Made by a program: the position numbers and the translations under genes. Below are positions 10,534-23,845 of a stretch of DNA of 37,841 nucleotides, one piece after another. The DNA is from Octopus sinensis (lineage: Eukaryota), in contig NW_021831895.1 of assembly GCF_006345805.1 (NCBI RefSeq), forward strand, positions 1 through 37,841. The letters run 5' to 3'. Within the stretch, counting starts at the first letter, position 1. Each line of letters starts with the position of its first letter. The notes beneath the pieces were generated by a model. That model was not told the DNA's origin, made no database searches, and was given only the letters and a program-made list of their open reading frames with translations.

Positions 10534-11438
10534 GGATCTTTTCGGTTTGAACGGCAGTTTCTGAAAATAATTTCCATGTAACTAAACACTTTTAAACTTC
10601 GTATACTGGTAGAATGTGTTTATAAAACATCTTTTTCTCTTGGCTTTATTGAGAAAATTCTATAGTTTGTAAGATATTTGTTGGTTTTTTTTTTCTATTC
10701 CTGCAATTTCAACCAATCACTGACGTCTATTGAGGTAGAAACATTCTGTGCTGTATGAATATGTCCCTCGTTTAAGAAACAGATCTTTTCGGTTTGAACG
10801 GCAGTTTTTAAAAATAATTTCCACGTAACTAAACACGTTTAAACTTCGTATACTGGTAGAATGTGTTTATAAAACATCTTTTTCTCTTGGCTTTATTGAG
10901 AAAATTCTATGGTTTGTAAGATATTTGTTGTTTTTTTTTCTTCAATTTCTGCAATTTCAACCAATCACTGATGTCTATTGAGGTAGAAACATTCTGTGCC
11001 GTATGAATATGTCCCTCGTTTAAGAAACAGATTCGGTTTAGGATCTTTTCGGTTTGAACGGCAGTTTTTAAAAATAATTTCCACGTAACTAAACACTTTT
11101 AAACTTCGTATACTGGTAGAATGTGTTTATAAAACATCTTTTTCTCTTGGCTTTATTGAGAAAATTCTATAGTTTGTAAGATATTTGTTGTTGTTTTTTC
11201 TGCAATTTCAACCAATCACTGACGTCTATTGAGGTAGAAACATTCTGTGCCGTATGAATATGTCCCTCGTTTAAGAAACAGATTGGGTTTATTTACATTT
11301 GTGAAGAAAAAAAGATACCCTCCACCCCTAACCCTAAAATAGATTGAAATGCAATAGATCGATACTAGGGTCATAATTATGGGCGACAATTTCATATGAC
11401 ACCGCTAGAAAAATCTGCCGTTCAAACCGAAAAGATCC
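10534..11438. mobile_element. TIR MITE with 8-bp TSD (Merlin- or MULE-like) and three tandem arms
   Basis: TIR GGATCTTTTCGGTTTGAACGGCAG at both ends; TSD TTTTATTT at 10526-10533 and 11439-11446; arm repeats begin 10534, 10782, 11041. Confidence 0.9.
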
Positions 11439-11685
11439 TTTTATTTGCGTTGATATAAATCCTATCAAATTTAATTTTACACACCACTTTTATCATCTCC
11501 CACAGCAGACAAAAATTAATGGAAACAAACAGTTTTACGTAGACAATGAGCTGCAGGGACAAACTGTTTGGTATGATAAAGAGAGCAGAAAATGAGAGAG
11601 AGTTTTGATCTTGTTCTGCTTCTCTTCAATTAAAAAATACTCTTTTTTTACATTTTGAAAAACAACTGAAATTATTGTACTTATA

Positions 11686-11850
11686 GGTGCATGAATGGCT
11701 GTGTGGTAAGTAGCTTGCTAACCAACCACATGGTTCCAGGTTCAGTCCCACTGCGTGGCATCTTGGGCAAGTGTCTTCTACTATAGCCTCGGGCCGACCA
11801 AAGCCTTATGAGTGGATTTGGTAGACGGAAACTGAAAGAAGCCCGTCGTA
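11686..11850 (+). mobile_element. OR2-like SINE, 5' half
   Basis: Matches 2261-2430; ends in the internal (TA)n. Confidence 0.88.
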
Positions 11851-11866
11851 TATATATATATATATA

Positions 11867-12029
11867 GGCGCAGGAGTGGCTGTGTGGTAAGTAGCTTGTT
11901 TATCAGCCACATGGTTCCGGGTTCAGTCCCACTGCATGGCATCTTGGGCAAGTGTCTTCTGCTATAGCCTCGGGCTGACCAAAGCCTTGTGAGTGGATTT
12001 GGTAGACGGAAACTGAAAGAAGCCTGTCG

Positions 12030-12061
<32 letters not shown>

Positions 12062-12270
12062 GTTGTGTTGATGTTTGTGTGTGTGTTTGTCCCTCTAGCA
12101 TTGCTTGACAACCGATGTGGTGTGTTTACATCCCCGTCACTTAGCGGTTCGGCAAAAGAGAACGATAGATTAAGTACTGGGCTTAAAAAAGAATAAGTCC
12201 GGGTCGATTGCTCGACTAAAGGCGGTGCTCCAGCATGGCAGCAGTCAAATGACTGAAACAAGTAAAAAGA
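11867..12270 (+). mobile_element. OR2-like SINE, full length
   Basis: Near-identical to 2261-2672. Confidence 0.92.
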
Positions 12271-12435
12271 AAAAAGAAAAAAAAGATAGACACATCTTTC
12301 AAAATTCCTCTCACATCCATTTGTGGTAAGTTTGGATTTCATTATGTAGAGTAGAAAGAAAAGGGGCCCAAGACGGGGCTAGGGGTTAAATTTGTTTATT
12401 GCGAATTACAGCTGTTTCAGAATGTGGAATATACT

Positions 12436-12812
12436 CTTTTACTTGTTTCAGTCATTTGACTGTGGCCATGCTGGAGCACCGCCTTTAATCGAGCAACTTG
12501 ACCCCGGGACTTATTCTTTTGTAAGCCCAGTACTTATTCTATCAGTCTCTTTTGCCGAACCACTAAGTGACGGGGACGTAAACACACCAGCATCGGTTGT
12601 CAAGCAATGCTAGGGGGACAAACACAGACACACAAACGCATATATAAATATACATATATACGACGGGGTTCTTTCAGTTTTCGTCTACCAAATCCACTCA
12701 CAAGGCTTTGGTCGGCCCGGGCTATAGTAGAAGACCTTGCCAAGGTGCCACGCAGTGGGACTGAACCCGGAACCATGGGCATGTAAACAAGCTTACTTAC
12801 CACACAGCCCAC
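12436..12812 (-). mobile_element. OR2-like SINE, full length, inverted
   Basis: Reverse complement of 11867-12270. Confidence 0.92.
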
Positions 12813-13074
12813 TAATGCGCCAGTTACTTAAGGGAAAGAAAAGAAAGAAAATAATTTATCATTTTTGTGGTGGTTGCTGTTCAGAAAGATGCAATTGGGT
12901 CACCAGGGACAGATGTTTAAAACAACATGGATTGAAAAAATATCTTTTTTCCTTTTAAACGAAGCCTTCCCTCCTTGGTCGGCACTGTGTGATAGAGAAA
13001 GAAGAATTGGCAAAAAAAAAAGAATCAGAGCCAAACTGGAGCAACTGCAACTTATGTGGGAGCAGCTATTCTGA

Positions 13075-13717
13075 CAGTTTTTTCTAGCGGTGTCATATGA
13101 AATTGTCACCTGTAATTATGACCCTAGTATCGATATATTGCATTTCAATCTATTTTAGGGTTAGGGGTGGAGGGTATCTTTTTTTCTTCACAAATGTAAA
13201 TAAACCCAATCTGTTTCTTAAACGAGGGACATATTCATACGGCACAGAATGTTTCTACCTCAATAGACGTCAGTGATTGGTTGAAATTGCAGAAATTGAA
13301 GAAAAAAACCCAACAAATATCTTACAAACTATAGAATTTTCTCAATAAAGCAAGAGAAAAAGATGTTTTATAAACACATTCTACAGTATACGAAGTTTAA
13401 AGTGTTTAGTTATGTGGAAATTATTTTTAAAAACTGGCCGTTCAAACCGAAAAGATCCTAAACCGAATCTGTTTCTTAAACGGGGACATATTCATACGGC
13501 ACAGAATGTTTCTCTACCTCAATAGACGTCAGTGATTGGTTGAATTGCAGAAATTGAAGAAAAACACCCAACAAATATCTTACAAACTAGAAAATTTCTC
13601 AATAAGCCAAGAGAAAAAGATGTTTTAATAAACACATTCTACCAGCATACGAAGTTTAAAAGTGTTTAGTTATGTGGAAATTATTTTTAAAAACTGCCGT
13701 TCAAACCGAAAAGATCC
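13075..13717. mobile_element. Inverted copy of the 10534 MITE (two arms, one TIR truncated)
   Basis: Ends ...CAAACCGAAAAGATCC at 13717; internal junction AAAAGATCCTAAACCGAATC matches 11030-11048 reversed. Confidence 0.9.
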
Positions 13718-14046
13718 AAATAAAATGTGTTGATATTGTCTTGTTTTTCTTTCCATTTTCTTTTTTTTTCTTTTTTTTCCAATATGATGATCAATAAAAA
13801 TTAAAAAAATAATCATAAATGTAAAAACACCCAGCTTGTCTCCTTTATTTAAATATAAACAAAATGAAGAAGATTAATCATGAAACAAACGATAACAACA
13901 ACAACAACAACATGAACAGGTACAAAAAAATGTCTGGTTAAGACAGGTTAGAGTTTTTTTTAACAAGACACGTGGATAATAAATTTGATGTACATACATA
14001 CGTTGCGATTGTGTGCATGTGATGTGTTTGTATGCCATGTATATAT

Positions 14047-14079
<33 letters not shown>

Positions 14080-14928
14080 CATACATACACACATATATAT
14101 ATACATATATACTACAATATAGATATATATAATACATATATATCTACATATAGAATATATATATGTGTGTGTGTATATATTTATACATGTATTTATACAC
14201 ATACAGATGCATAAATAGATGTGCATACAAATCCAGTGATGCATACAAGCGCACATACACTCATTCGCTAAAACAAGTAACAACGGGATGGGAAGAGGTG
14301 GGGGGGAAAAAGTCTCCAGAGCTTTTTTTTTTTTTAAATATTTTTTTTATCTCTTTCACTTTTGTGAATTCTTTCTTAATTTTTTTCTTTCATTTCTACT
14401 ATAATAATAGTAATAATAATAATAATAATAATTTGAATAATGCTAAGGAGAAAACAAATAATTTTGAAATGAAAAACCAAAAAGTATAAACAATTTGAAC
14501 AAGCAAGTTGATAATATTAAAGAAAAAAATGGTTTCCAAAATTTTCATTATTCACAGTAAAATTTTCCATGCATGAATTGGTTACAATTCATGCATGCAT
14601 GTGCGCATGTCTATATATGTGTGCATATATATATATATATATATAAATAGATATATATGTATGTATATATGCAAAACATGTATATATGTATTATATTCAC
14701 ATATCTTTCTTTCCATATATATATATATATATTACATACACACACACAAACATATATCTATATGTATATACATGTATGGATAATATAATAACTATATATA
14801 AATATAGATTTGTTTCTATATGTGTATATATATATATAGATATATATATATATATATATATTTATATAAATGTAAATGTACATTTTGCATGTGTTTTATG
14901 CATATATACATACATATGTATATACATT

Positions 14929-14972
<44 letters not shown>

Positions 14973-16380
14973 AACATTCATAAATATATACATACACACA
15001 TATATTTCCATATATATATATATATATATACATATATTGAGAATCTATTTAATAGTCATCTTCAAAATCTTGTTATTTCTATCATTTTTGATATTTTTTG
15101 TGTAAATTATACAATAGTTGCATAAGGACACACACAAACACAACCCTTTCTCAAACAAAATTTTTCCTCCCTTGGTCAACACTTCTTGAAGATGACCATC
15201 AGTATGGCCAAAAGCTCAAATCCTCCCTCGTCATCCTAGGCACAATCCTATTGTCCCATCTGGTCTCTCTCTCTCTATATATATTTCTCCAGTTTCCATT
15301 CCACTGAGATGTAGTTTCTAGTCGAGAGAATCGCTGCTCTCCCAAAACTCATTTCACAACAAGCTCAAAATTTTCTTATCCTCTACATTACCAGGTTAAC
15401 AAATAAATGAATAATGTGATATGTCATAATAAAACTAGAAACAATTAACTATTTGGTCTCGGGTTTACAGTGTGCTATGCATAGTTTAAACCAAACATGT
15501 TTATATACGATTCCATGCATACATTGCCCCGACATACACACATCGTAATCGAAAACTCTTCACGTCTCGTTCCACAAACTGCTTCCGTCTTCTGGATCCA
15601 GCAGAACCAACCAATTAGTGTCCTAATTACACAACTAATTGCTCAAATTAATAATAATAATAAATATCTACATACATGCATCTGTATCCATATATATATG
15701 TGAGTGTGTATGTATGTTTAAAATTATATATATATAATACATATGTAATATATATATTATATTAATATATTATATATATATAATATTATATATATATAAT
15801 GAAATTATATATATATAATACATATGTATATATATATATATATTATATATATATATATATATATTATAATATATATATATAATATGTAGTATATATATAA
15901 TACACACACAGCAGAGTAGAGGAAGAGAGTAAAAAGCAGAAGAGGGAAATATCTATCATGCTTTGTTAGCTTTTCTCTTTCTTCTTTTAATTGGTCGTTA
16001 ATCTATTAATTAATATATACCATAAAAAGCAATTAATAATGACTGGTCATATGCATATAGAACCACTGACATCATTGTCCTCATCAGTATTTAACAGGTG
16101 CCTATTTTAGAAAAATATCATCATCATCATTGTCATCGTGGTCATCATCATCATCATCATCGACATCATCCTTATTGTTTCTTTCCTTGGGTTATTTATG
16201 TCACATCTCAGCTCCTTCCAGCAGCTTAGAGACACAACACTGTCTTAAACGCATGTGCAGTGGTTTGTTTTGGTGCTGTTATTTTTACTGTATTGAGAGG
16301 GTGCTCTATGTAGGATGGGTGCAATGTCTAGCAGTGCTATTTTCCATGTGTTATATATAATATACATATATATTTGTTAA

Positions 16381-16674
16381 TCCTGAAGTATTGGTTATGT
16401 ACTTGTCTACATATTTTTTGACCATGCTCAAAGCACCTTTTATTATAGGGATTGTTCCAGATTTCTGGCTCTCTGTTGTGGCTATCTCTATTTCGAGATC
16501 TTTGTGTTATGACAGTTTCTCCGTTTCTTTTAGAGATACATTGTCATCAGCTGGGACTGATATATATATATATTAGAAGGCATTTGTGTCTTAGTGGTTC
16601 TTGACAACAATGTCTGTCCAATTAGCCTTCATCTGCCTGTTAGTGTGCATTACCATATCCCAGATCATGGTTGT

Positions 16675-16675
<1 letters not shown>
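16381..16675 (-). pseudogene. R4/Dong-type non-LTR retrotransposon fragment, restriction-like endonuclease domain
   Basis: IWDMVMHTNRQMKANWTDIVVKNH* ... ISVPADDNVSLKETEKLS*HKDLEIEI ... TIPIIKGALSMVKK matches the NRPDIVV..IDISVP..EKLSKYKDL..PIIIGALG PD-(D/E)xK pattern, with stops and a frameshift. Confidence 0.8.
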
Positions 16676-16711
<36 letters not shown>

Positions 16712-17142
16712 TATTATCATTAATAATCATAATATACGAATAATATCTATAAGGTTATTAATATGATCATAGTGGTAAGTAGAATTTTGCAGTTGTCTAA
16801 GAAACACCTGTATACATAATCATCACAAATCACCTTTACTCTCATCAGTGACTACTTCTAACTTTTATCAGGATAGTCATCAAATTAACATACTTTGCAG
16901 TCACTATCATCAAAATCATCATTCAACTTCATTATTTACATCACGAAGGGAAATGCAGAGGGATTTTGCAACAACAAAACCTAGACTCATATATACACAC
17001 ATTTTATATACATATATCCAATATATATATATATACAATGTATATGTATATAATATATGTATATATATATATATAATATATATATATATATATTATATAT
17101 ATATATATACACATATACACACAGACACACACTGGATACGAA

Positions 17143-17183
<41 letters not shown>

Positions 17184-17435
17184 TGTGTGTGTGTGTAGGC
17201 ATGTTCTTATCTAAATAAAAATATGGAATTGAATTTATTTGGTAAATAAACGATATGAAGAAAAGAAGATGAAATTAACATGAGCGAAAAACAAACGTAA
17301 AGGAGTTCTACCTTCTTCTTCTCCTCTTCTTCTTCTACTTCTTCACACAAGGAGAAGGAATGATATCAAGAAATGTATGTGTTTAGATATATACATATAT
17401 TATGTGTACATATATATATACATATACATATATAC

Positions 17436-17472
<37 letters not shown>

Positions 17473-18058
17473 CTGTGTGTGAGTGTGTGTATATTTATTG
17501 ATTTATATTACATATATATATATATGTATATATATAATATATATACACATATATATATATATATATATATTTATATGTATGTATACATATGCATATATAT
17601 ACATACAAAACAAACATATCTAGTGATCCTTAGTGAATGTGCATAGAGGATGCCAGATTTGGGGGCGCGCGCATTGAAGATTACATATACAAACAAACAT
17701 ACATACACATATATACATATACACACACACTCATGTGAGTTTAATATTTGCATATATTATGGGGTTTTTTTTTTGGATTTGGGAGTCCTTCCTTCTGTGA
17801 TCATTATATTTATCATCATCATCATCATCAACATCATTCACATTACTATCATTATTATTATTATTATTATTATTACTAATTTTTTTCTGTTGTTGTTGTT
17901 GTTGTTATTACTCTTATTAATTGTAATTAAGTGTAAATAAGTTTCATAAATATCATTCATGAAGAAAAAAAAAACAAAAAAAAAAAACAAATGTACATAG
18001 TTTTTTGTCTTTTTTTGTTTTCTTTTTTTTTTTTTGTTTTTGTTTTTTGTAATCCGCT

Positions 18059-18205
18059 TCAATTTTTGATTTTCAATAAGAATACTGCATTCTTGGTATT
18101 GTCTTCGAGTTTCGTTCGGAAACATTCCGATATTCTGTGTGGGAATCTGTAGGAATCGTCTGAGTCGCTCCTCAAATTCTTTCTGTGAAAGCAGTCTTTG
18201 AGATT
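18059..18205 (-). other. Candidate exon; possible upstream donor GAG|GTAATA at 18597/18596
   Basis: Non-repetitive island between microsatellites; AG at 18207-18206 with weak pyrimidine tract; two frames open ~50 codons. Confidence 0.25.
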
Positions 18206-18216
18206 CTTATATATAT

Positions 18217-18254
<38 letters not shown>

Positions 18255-18338
18255 GATGCATGTGTGTGTATATATATATATATTGTTTTTTGTATACATA
18301 CAGAAATAAATTCAAATATACGTAAGGATATATATACA

Positions 18339-18380
<42 letters not shown>

Positions 18381-18388
18381 ATATATAC

Positions 18389-18421
<33 letters not shown>

Positions 18422-19512
18422 TGATGTATATATATGTGTATATATATACATATATATATATGTATGTATATATGTATATATATATGTATATATGTATATA
18501 TATATATATACATACATATATATATGTATGTATATATACACATATATATATACATATATATATGTGTATGTATATATGTATATACATATATATTACCTCA
18601 CTTCTTTCTTTTTCCTGGCACACTTTCTCTCAGGCATTGCTTTAATTAATAACAAATTTAGTTGTTTAATGAACGTCATTAGCAACAACAATTACTACGA
18701 TATATACAACAACCATTATCACTTGCTCACCACCGGAAACAACAACAACAACAATAACAACAACAACAACAACAACAACAACAACCCTAGTTGTTCCCTT
18801 CATCTCGTATCACTAAACAACTACAAAAGTGGTGTGGTGTAATGTCGGTGTCTAGCGTTGATGTCTACCTCATTGTTTTTCTTCAACATGTTACAGTGTA
18901 GATGTAAACGATGCAGACCGGCGTGTGTATGTGTTTAACTACTAAATATTACAGAGATAACGGAGAAGAAGGTGAGCTTTCAACGAAAAACGTGCGTAGA
19001 CACCATCTTTTTTTTTTCTCATGCATCATACAGTACCCTGGCCACATGCAGATATACAGCCCCCTCCATTCTTATAACAACGAAACACTAGTGACAACCT
19101 AACCATGCCCAACACATCCTATTTGTTTTTGATTATCTTTCTCTCTGGTTTCCAATATGGATTGAATAACAAGACCATTGACCATAAAGCCATGTATTTC
19201 TCTGTAATTATACAGGGTAGTTTGTTATTTTGTGTTTTTCATTTTTACAAAATTGCTGGGTTATTTCTTGAGAGCCGAATAATAATAATAATAATAATAA
19301 TAATATAAATAATAATAATAATAATAATAAATACTTTTAAATGTATATTAAAAACAACTAGCAAAAACTGCAAAGTAACAAAAAAAGTTAATAACCATAA
19401 TAGTATACATCTATTTATGCATGTATGTGCAATATATGTGCTCCGTTTGTTGACATTTTATATATATATGTATGTATATATACATATATATATATGTATG
19501 TATGTATATATG

Positions 19513-19548
<36 letters not shown>

Positions 19549-19550
19549 TG

Positions 19551-19581
<31 letters not shown>

Positions 19582-19723
19582 GTATATAACATATATATAT
19601 ATGTGTGTGTTTCAATTACTTTTAAATTAAATATTTTTCAGTTTGTCTCGGGTTGTGGATGTCTCATGGATTGGGTGCACATGTTGCAGATTAAAACAGG
19701 TTATATATATATATAATATATAT

Positions 19724-19760
<37 letters not shown>

Positions 19761-20706
19761 CACACACCCACATACGTATGTGTTGTTATAATACATGCTA
19801 TAGAGAGAAAGAGATGGAGGGAGAGATTCACACAGAAGAGGAGGTAGCTGAGCTCGGGTGGGAAGGAAATTATTCGTTTGTTGTTCAAGTCACACACACA
19901 AACCACCACCACCACCACCATCTCCACCACGACCATCACCACCAATAGCAAAAAAAAACTGCGGTGGCACGGGAAGGGAGGTGGGACATACTCCAATATT
20001 ATTATTATTATCATTATCGTTATTATTATTATTATTATTATTTATTTTGTGTGTTTGACTCTCCTTGATTAGTTCCGACAGTAGTAGCATCAACGACGGG
20101 TAAAGTGGTGATGACGAGGAAGCTGGGAACAAATTGGTTGCATGGTGATTTTTGTTGCTGTTGTTGTTGTTGTTTGTTTGTTGTTTTGCTTAGTAGTCCA
20201 CCATCTGCTTTAACGGACCCTCTGCACACAGCCAGCTCCCAAGATCAGCCTCACTAAATAGCTTCCTCCTCCACCTAACATCATGGAGGAACAACGCAAC
20301 TATGATGGAATCCACTCCATCCATCCATTCATTCAACCATCCATCCATTATTATTGTTATTATTATTATTATTATTATTATTACAGCTACTACTAAGACC
20401 CTTTCTTTAAACGTTCCTTCTCTCTTTTTCATGTACCTTCACATTTTTGATGTTTACACTCCTCCCTTCCACACACCACCACACACCACCACCACCACCA
20501 CCACCACCACCACACACCACCAGCACCAGCACCACCTTTCCCCAGAGTCAGATGGTTACACACTCCGCAAGGATCGAGGAGAAACAGAAGCGGACCTACA
20601 ACGAAAGGTGCTCCAACTGAGACCATCCTGTACGATCCGTTGTTGTTAAACATTTGCTGTTATTGTTGTTGTTGTTGTTGTTGTAGTTATTCAATTATCA
20701 TTATCA

Positions 20707-20741
<35 letters not shown>

Positions 20742-21191
20742 TTTATTTCACTTGCTTGTTATGGTGATGATTGTGATGTTGGTAACTTGTGGAAGAAGTA
20801 GTAGTAGTAACAGTAGTGGTAGTGGTAGTGCTAAAACCAAAGACGATGATACTTTTAGAGTTTATATATATATATATATATACATACATGCATACATACA
20901 TATATATATATATATCATACATATATACATACAAACATACATACATATAAACACATACATACACACACACACACACATATATATACACACATATACATAC
21001 ATATATATATATATATACACACATATATATATATATATGTTCATAAATGTTTTGTTTTTATTATTTTGATTTGAAATCGAATTGATATTGTTTTTGTCCT
21101 TTCCTGTTATTCATGATATATATTTATATGAATATAGTATATATATATATATATATATATTGTATATATATGTATATACATATATATATAC

Positions 21192-21226
<35 letters not shown>

Positions 21227-21660
21227 CACATATATATATATATATATTGTTCTGTTTCATTATTATTATTATCATTATTATTATTATGATTATTGTTATT
21301 AATATTATTATTATTATATTTTTTACAGTCATGTTCTTTTACTTTTCTTTAAATATATATATATATATATTTTTCAAAAGTCTTTTTTCTTTTATACGTT
21401 GAGTTTATGACTCAGGATTAGAAAAATCAATGTATTGTATATATATTTTTTTTTTGCAATTGTTAGTATTATTGTTATTGTTAATAAAGTTATTGGTTTT
21501 TTTTGTTATTATTCGTAATTGTTATTATTGTTTGAGTGACAATCAATCGATCAATCAATTAATCAATCAATCAATGAATTCAATCATTTGTAAATTGTAT
21601 GGAGGCAAAGAGAAGGAGGGAGGAGGGTCTTTATCCGAAATTCGTTTAGAGCTGTTAGTG

Positions 21661-21783
21661 TCAAGTGTTAGCAAAGGAACACGATGAAGCGAGTCTTATG
21701 TCCTGAATATTGTTGACTGTGATTGATGTTTTGTTGCTGGGGACCATTAGCTTGTCTTCTAGTTGGAAATTGGGGTCACTGTC
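21661..21783 (-). CDS. Probable terminal coding exon of an unidentified gene (DSDPNFQLEDKLMVPSNKTSITVNNIQDIRLASSCSFANT*)
   Basis: Strong acceptor TCTTTTTTTCTGTCTCTTTTTACAG|GAC; only phase 0 is open, matching the phase-0 donor at 23685. Confidence 0.6.
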   Translation of the reverse strand, partial: DSDPNFQLEDKLMVPSNKTSITVNNIQDIRLASSCSFANT

Positions 21784-21884
21784 CTGTAAAAAGAGACAGA
21801 AAAAAAGACACATGAGAGAAAGGTGAACATGTAGCTGATGATAACAAGAAAGATGAAAATGAAGATGAAATGTTAAGATGAATC

Positions 21885-22615
21885 TTAACCCTTTTGTTAC
21901 CGTATTTATTTTGAGATGCTCTGTGATTCTTTCAATTCCTTTAAATATAACAAAGAATTTAGTAAAATAACTTCGTTATCATTAAGCTCGTGTTAGGAAC
22001 ATAAATTGTGACTAAAATTTGGTGGAAGATTTTAATTCAAAATTTATGAAAACAAGACATTTGTACTACAGAGCCAGAGGTGGTTTCAACCAGGTTGGTA
22101 TCGAAAGAGTTAAGAATTGTTTCTCTATTATATTTTAACCCTTTCGTTACCATATTTATTTTGAGATGCTCTGTGATTCTCTCAATTATTTTAGATGTAA
22201 CAAAGAATTTAGTAAAATAACTTCGTTATCATTAAGCTCGGGTTAGGGAACATAAATTGTGACTAAAGTTTGGTGGAAGATTTTAATTCAAAATTTATGA
22301 AAACAAGACATTTGTACTACAGAGCCAGAGGTGGTTTCAACCAGGTTGGTATCGAAAGAGTTAAGAATTGTTTCTCTATTATATTTTAACCCTCTTGTTA
22401 CCATACTTCTGTTGAGATGCTCTGTGTTTCTTTCAATTAATTTTAAATCTAACAAAGAATTTAGTAAAATATCTTAGTTATAATTCAGCTAGTGTTAGGA
22501 ACATAAATTGTGACTAAAGTTTGGTGGAAGATTTTAATTCAAAATTTATGAAAACAAGACATTTGTACTACAGAGCCAGAGCCGGTTCCAGCCGGTTTGG
22601 TAACGAAAGGGTTAA
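21885..22615. mobile_element. Three tandem piggyBac-type MITEs (21889-22109, 22139-22360, 22390-22611)
   Basis: Each is bounded by TTAA; TIR consensus CCCTTTCGTTACC / GGTAACGAAAGGG; identical 21-bp spacer between copies. Confidence 0.92.
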
Positions 22616-23684
22616 AACGATTCTGAAGGCAGATAAAAATACAATAGAATAAAAAGATTTTTGTTATTGTTTAGTCACCCAGTAGACTTAGAATCAAAGG
22701 GTTATTCCCCTTCATAATTGATCATTTTCTACCTTCATTTTGAAGAAATTGAAAAATTTAAATTTCCCATTTGCACAGGAGAAATTTGTTCACAAATTTG
22801 TTGCTTATGTACCCTGACTCAGTATAATACTATGTTCTAGTTCGGCCAATATGCTTGCAGAAAACCATAATACTTTTGAAGATGGCCTTTTCATTGGGGA
22901 AGCTAATGTATATATGTATGTGTTTACAGTTATCAACAAATATGGGACGGGTAAGAACTATTTCAGCTTCTAAATTACTTGATTTGTAGCCATGATAATG
23001 AGTTGCCAATATTGGTGTATCAGATATCAAAACATTGAGCAATCTTTCGGCTACCAGCGTAAAGTAACTTTTTGGCACACCAAACCTATTTCGTTACAAA
23101 AATTAACTCCAAAACAAGGTTTTGTCGCACAATTTTTAGGTCATTTTGGGGGCAAGCTACCTTTGTACATGTTTTTGGTGTCAAATATTTCAGCATTGTT
23201 CATCCCAAAATGACCGAAAAACATGTTTATAAAGGAGAATTGTTTGCTTCACACTCCTCGTGTGCTGATTTTGCTCATAAGAAAGGAACAAATAATACAA
23301 TGTGGCTGTGGGTCATAACTTCTGGGCAACGCCAGGATGTATTGCTAATATATATTTGTGTGTGTGTGTGTGTGTTAGCCTTATCTTGACATCACATGAT
23401 GAGTGTAAATGAGTGCTGTTGTCATACAAGTGATTTCGTTCATTTCCAGCCTTCAATGCAAAACATGTCTAGTCATGGGAAAATACTGCCCTATTTTGAA
23501 ACAAGTACAGGTCGGTGACTGGAAGGGTATCCAATGCGTAGAAGAAACTCTGCCTCCACAAATAACTTCTAACCCATGCAAGCATAGAAAAGTGGACGTT
23601 AAATGATGATGAAGAGAATGATAATGATGAGTATGATGAGGATGATTTGGATGACAATAGCTTATGGGGACAATGTGAAATTAC

Positions 23685-23845
23685 CTCATCTGATGATTGG
23701 TCAGTGAAGGTACATTCTCGACATCGTTTCCAACTTATTAGGCAGGACATTCTCTTTGGAGAGTCATGGACCCCAGGAAAATCAAAGACCTTTATCAAAG
23801 GACCTGGTGAATGACAAATAGGTGAGCGCTGACAGTCCACAGCAT
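23685..23845 (-). CDS. Probable internal coding exon (xAVDCQRSPICHSPGPLIKVFDFPGVHDSPKRMSCLISWKRCRECTFTDQSSDE)
   Basis: Acceptor CTGTTTTTTGTAG|AT, donor GAG|GTAATT; 161 nt = 2 + 53 codons, open frame. Confidence 0.6.

Noticed and set aside
20547-20640. Plus-strand exon reading SQMVTHSARIEEKQKRTYNER or ESDGYTLRKDRGETEADLQRK
   Set aside because: Several frames are open by chance, the donor is weak and no motif is recognised.
22830-23350. piggyBac transposase remnant (QYACRKP...RWP)
   Set aside because: Only a few residues match amid many stops, and the segment ends in a Helitron-like motif; it cannot be assigned by eye.
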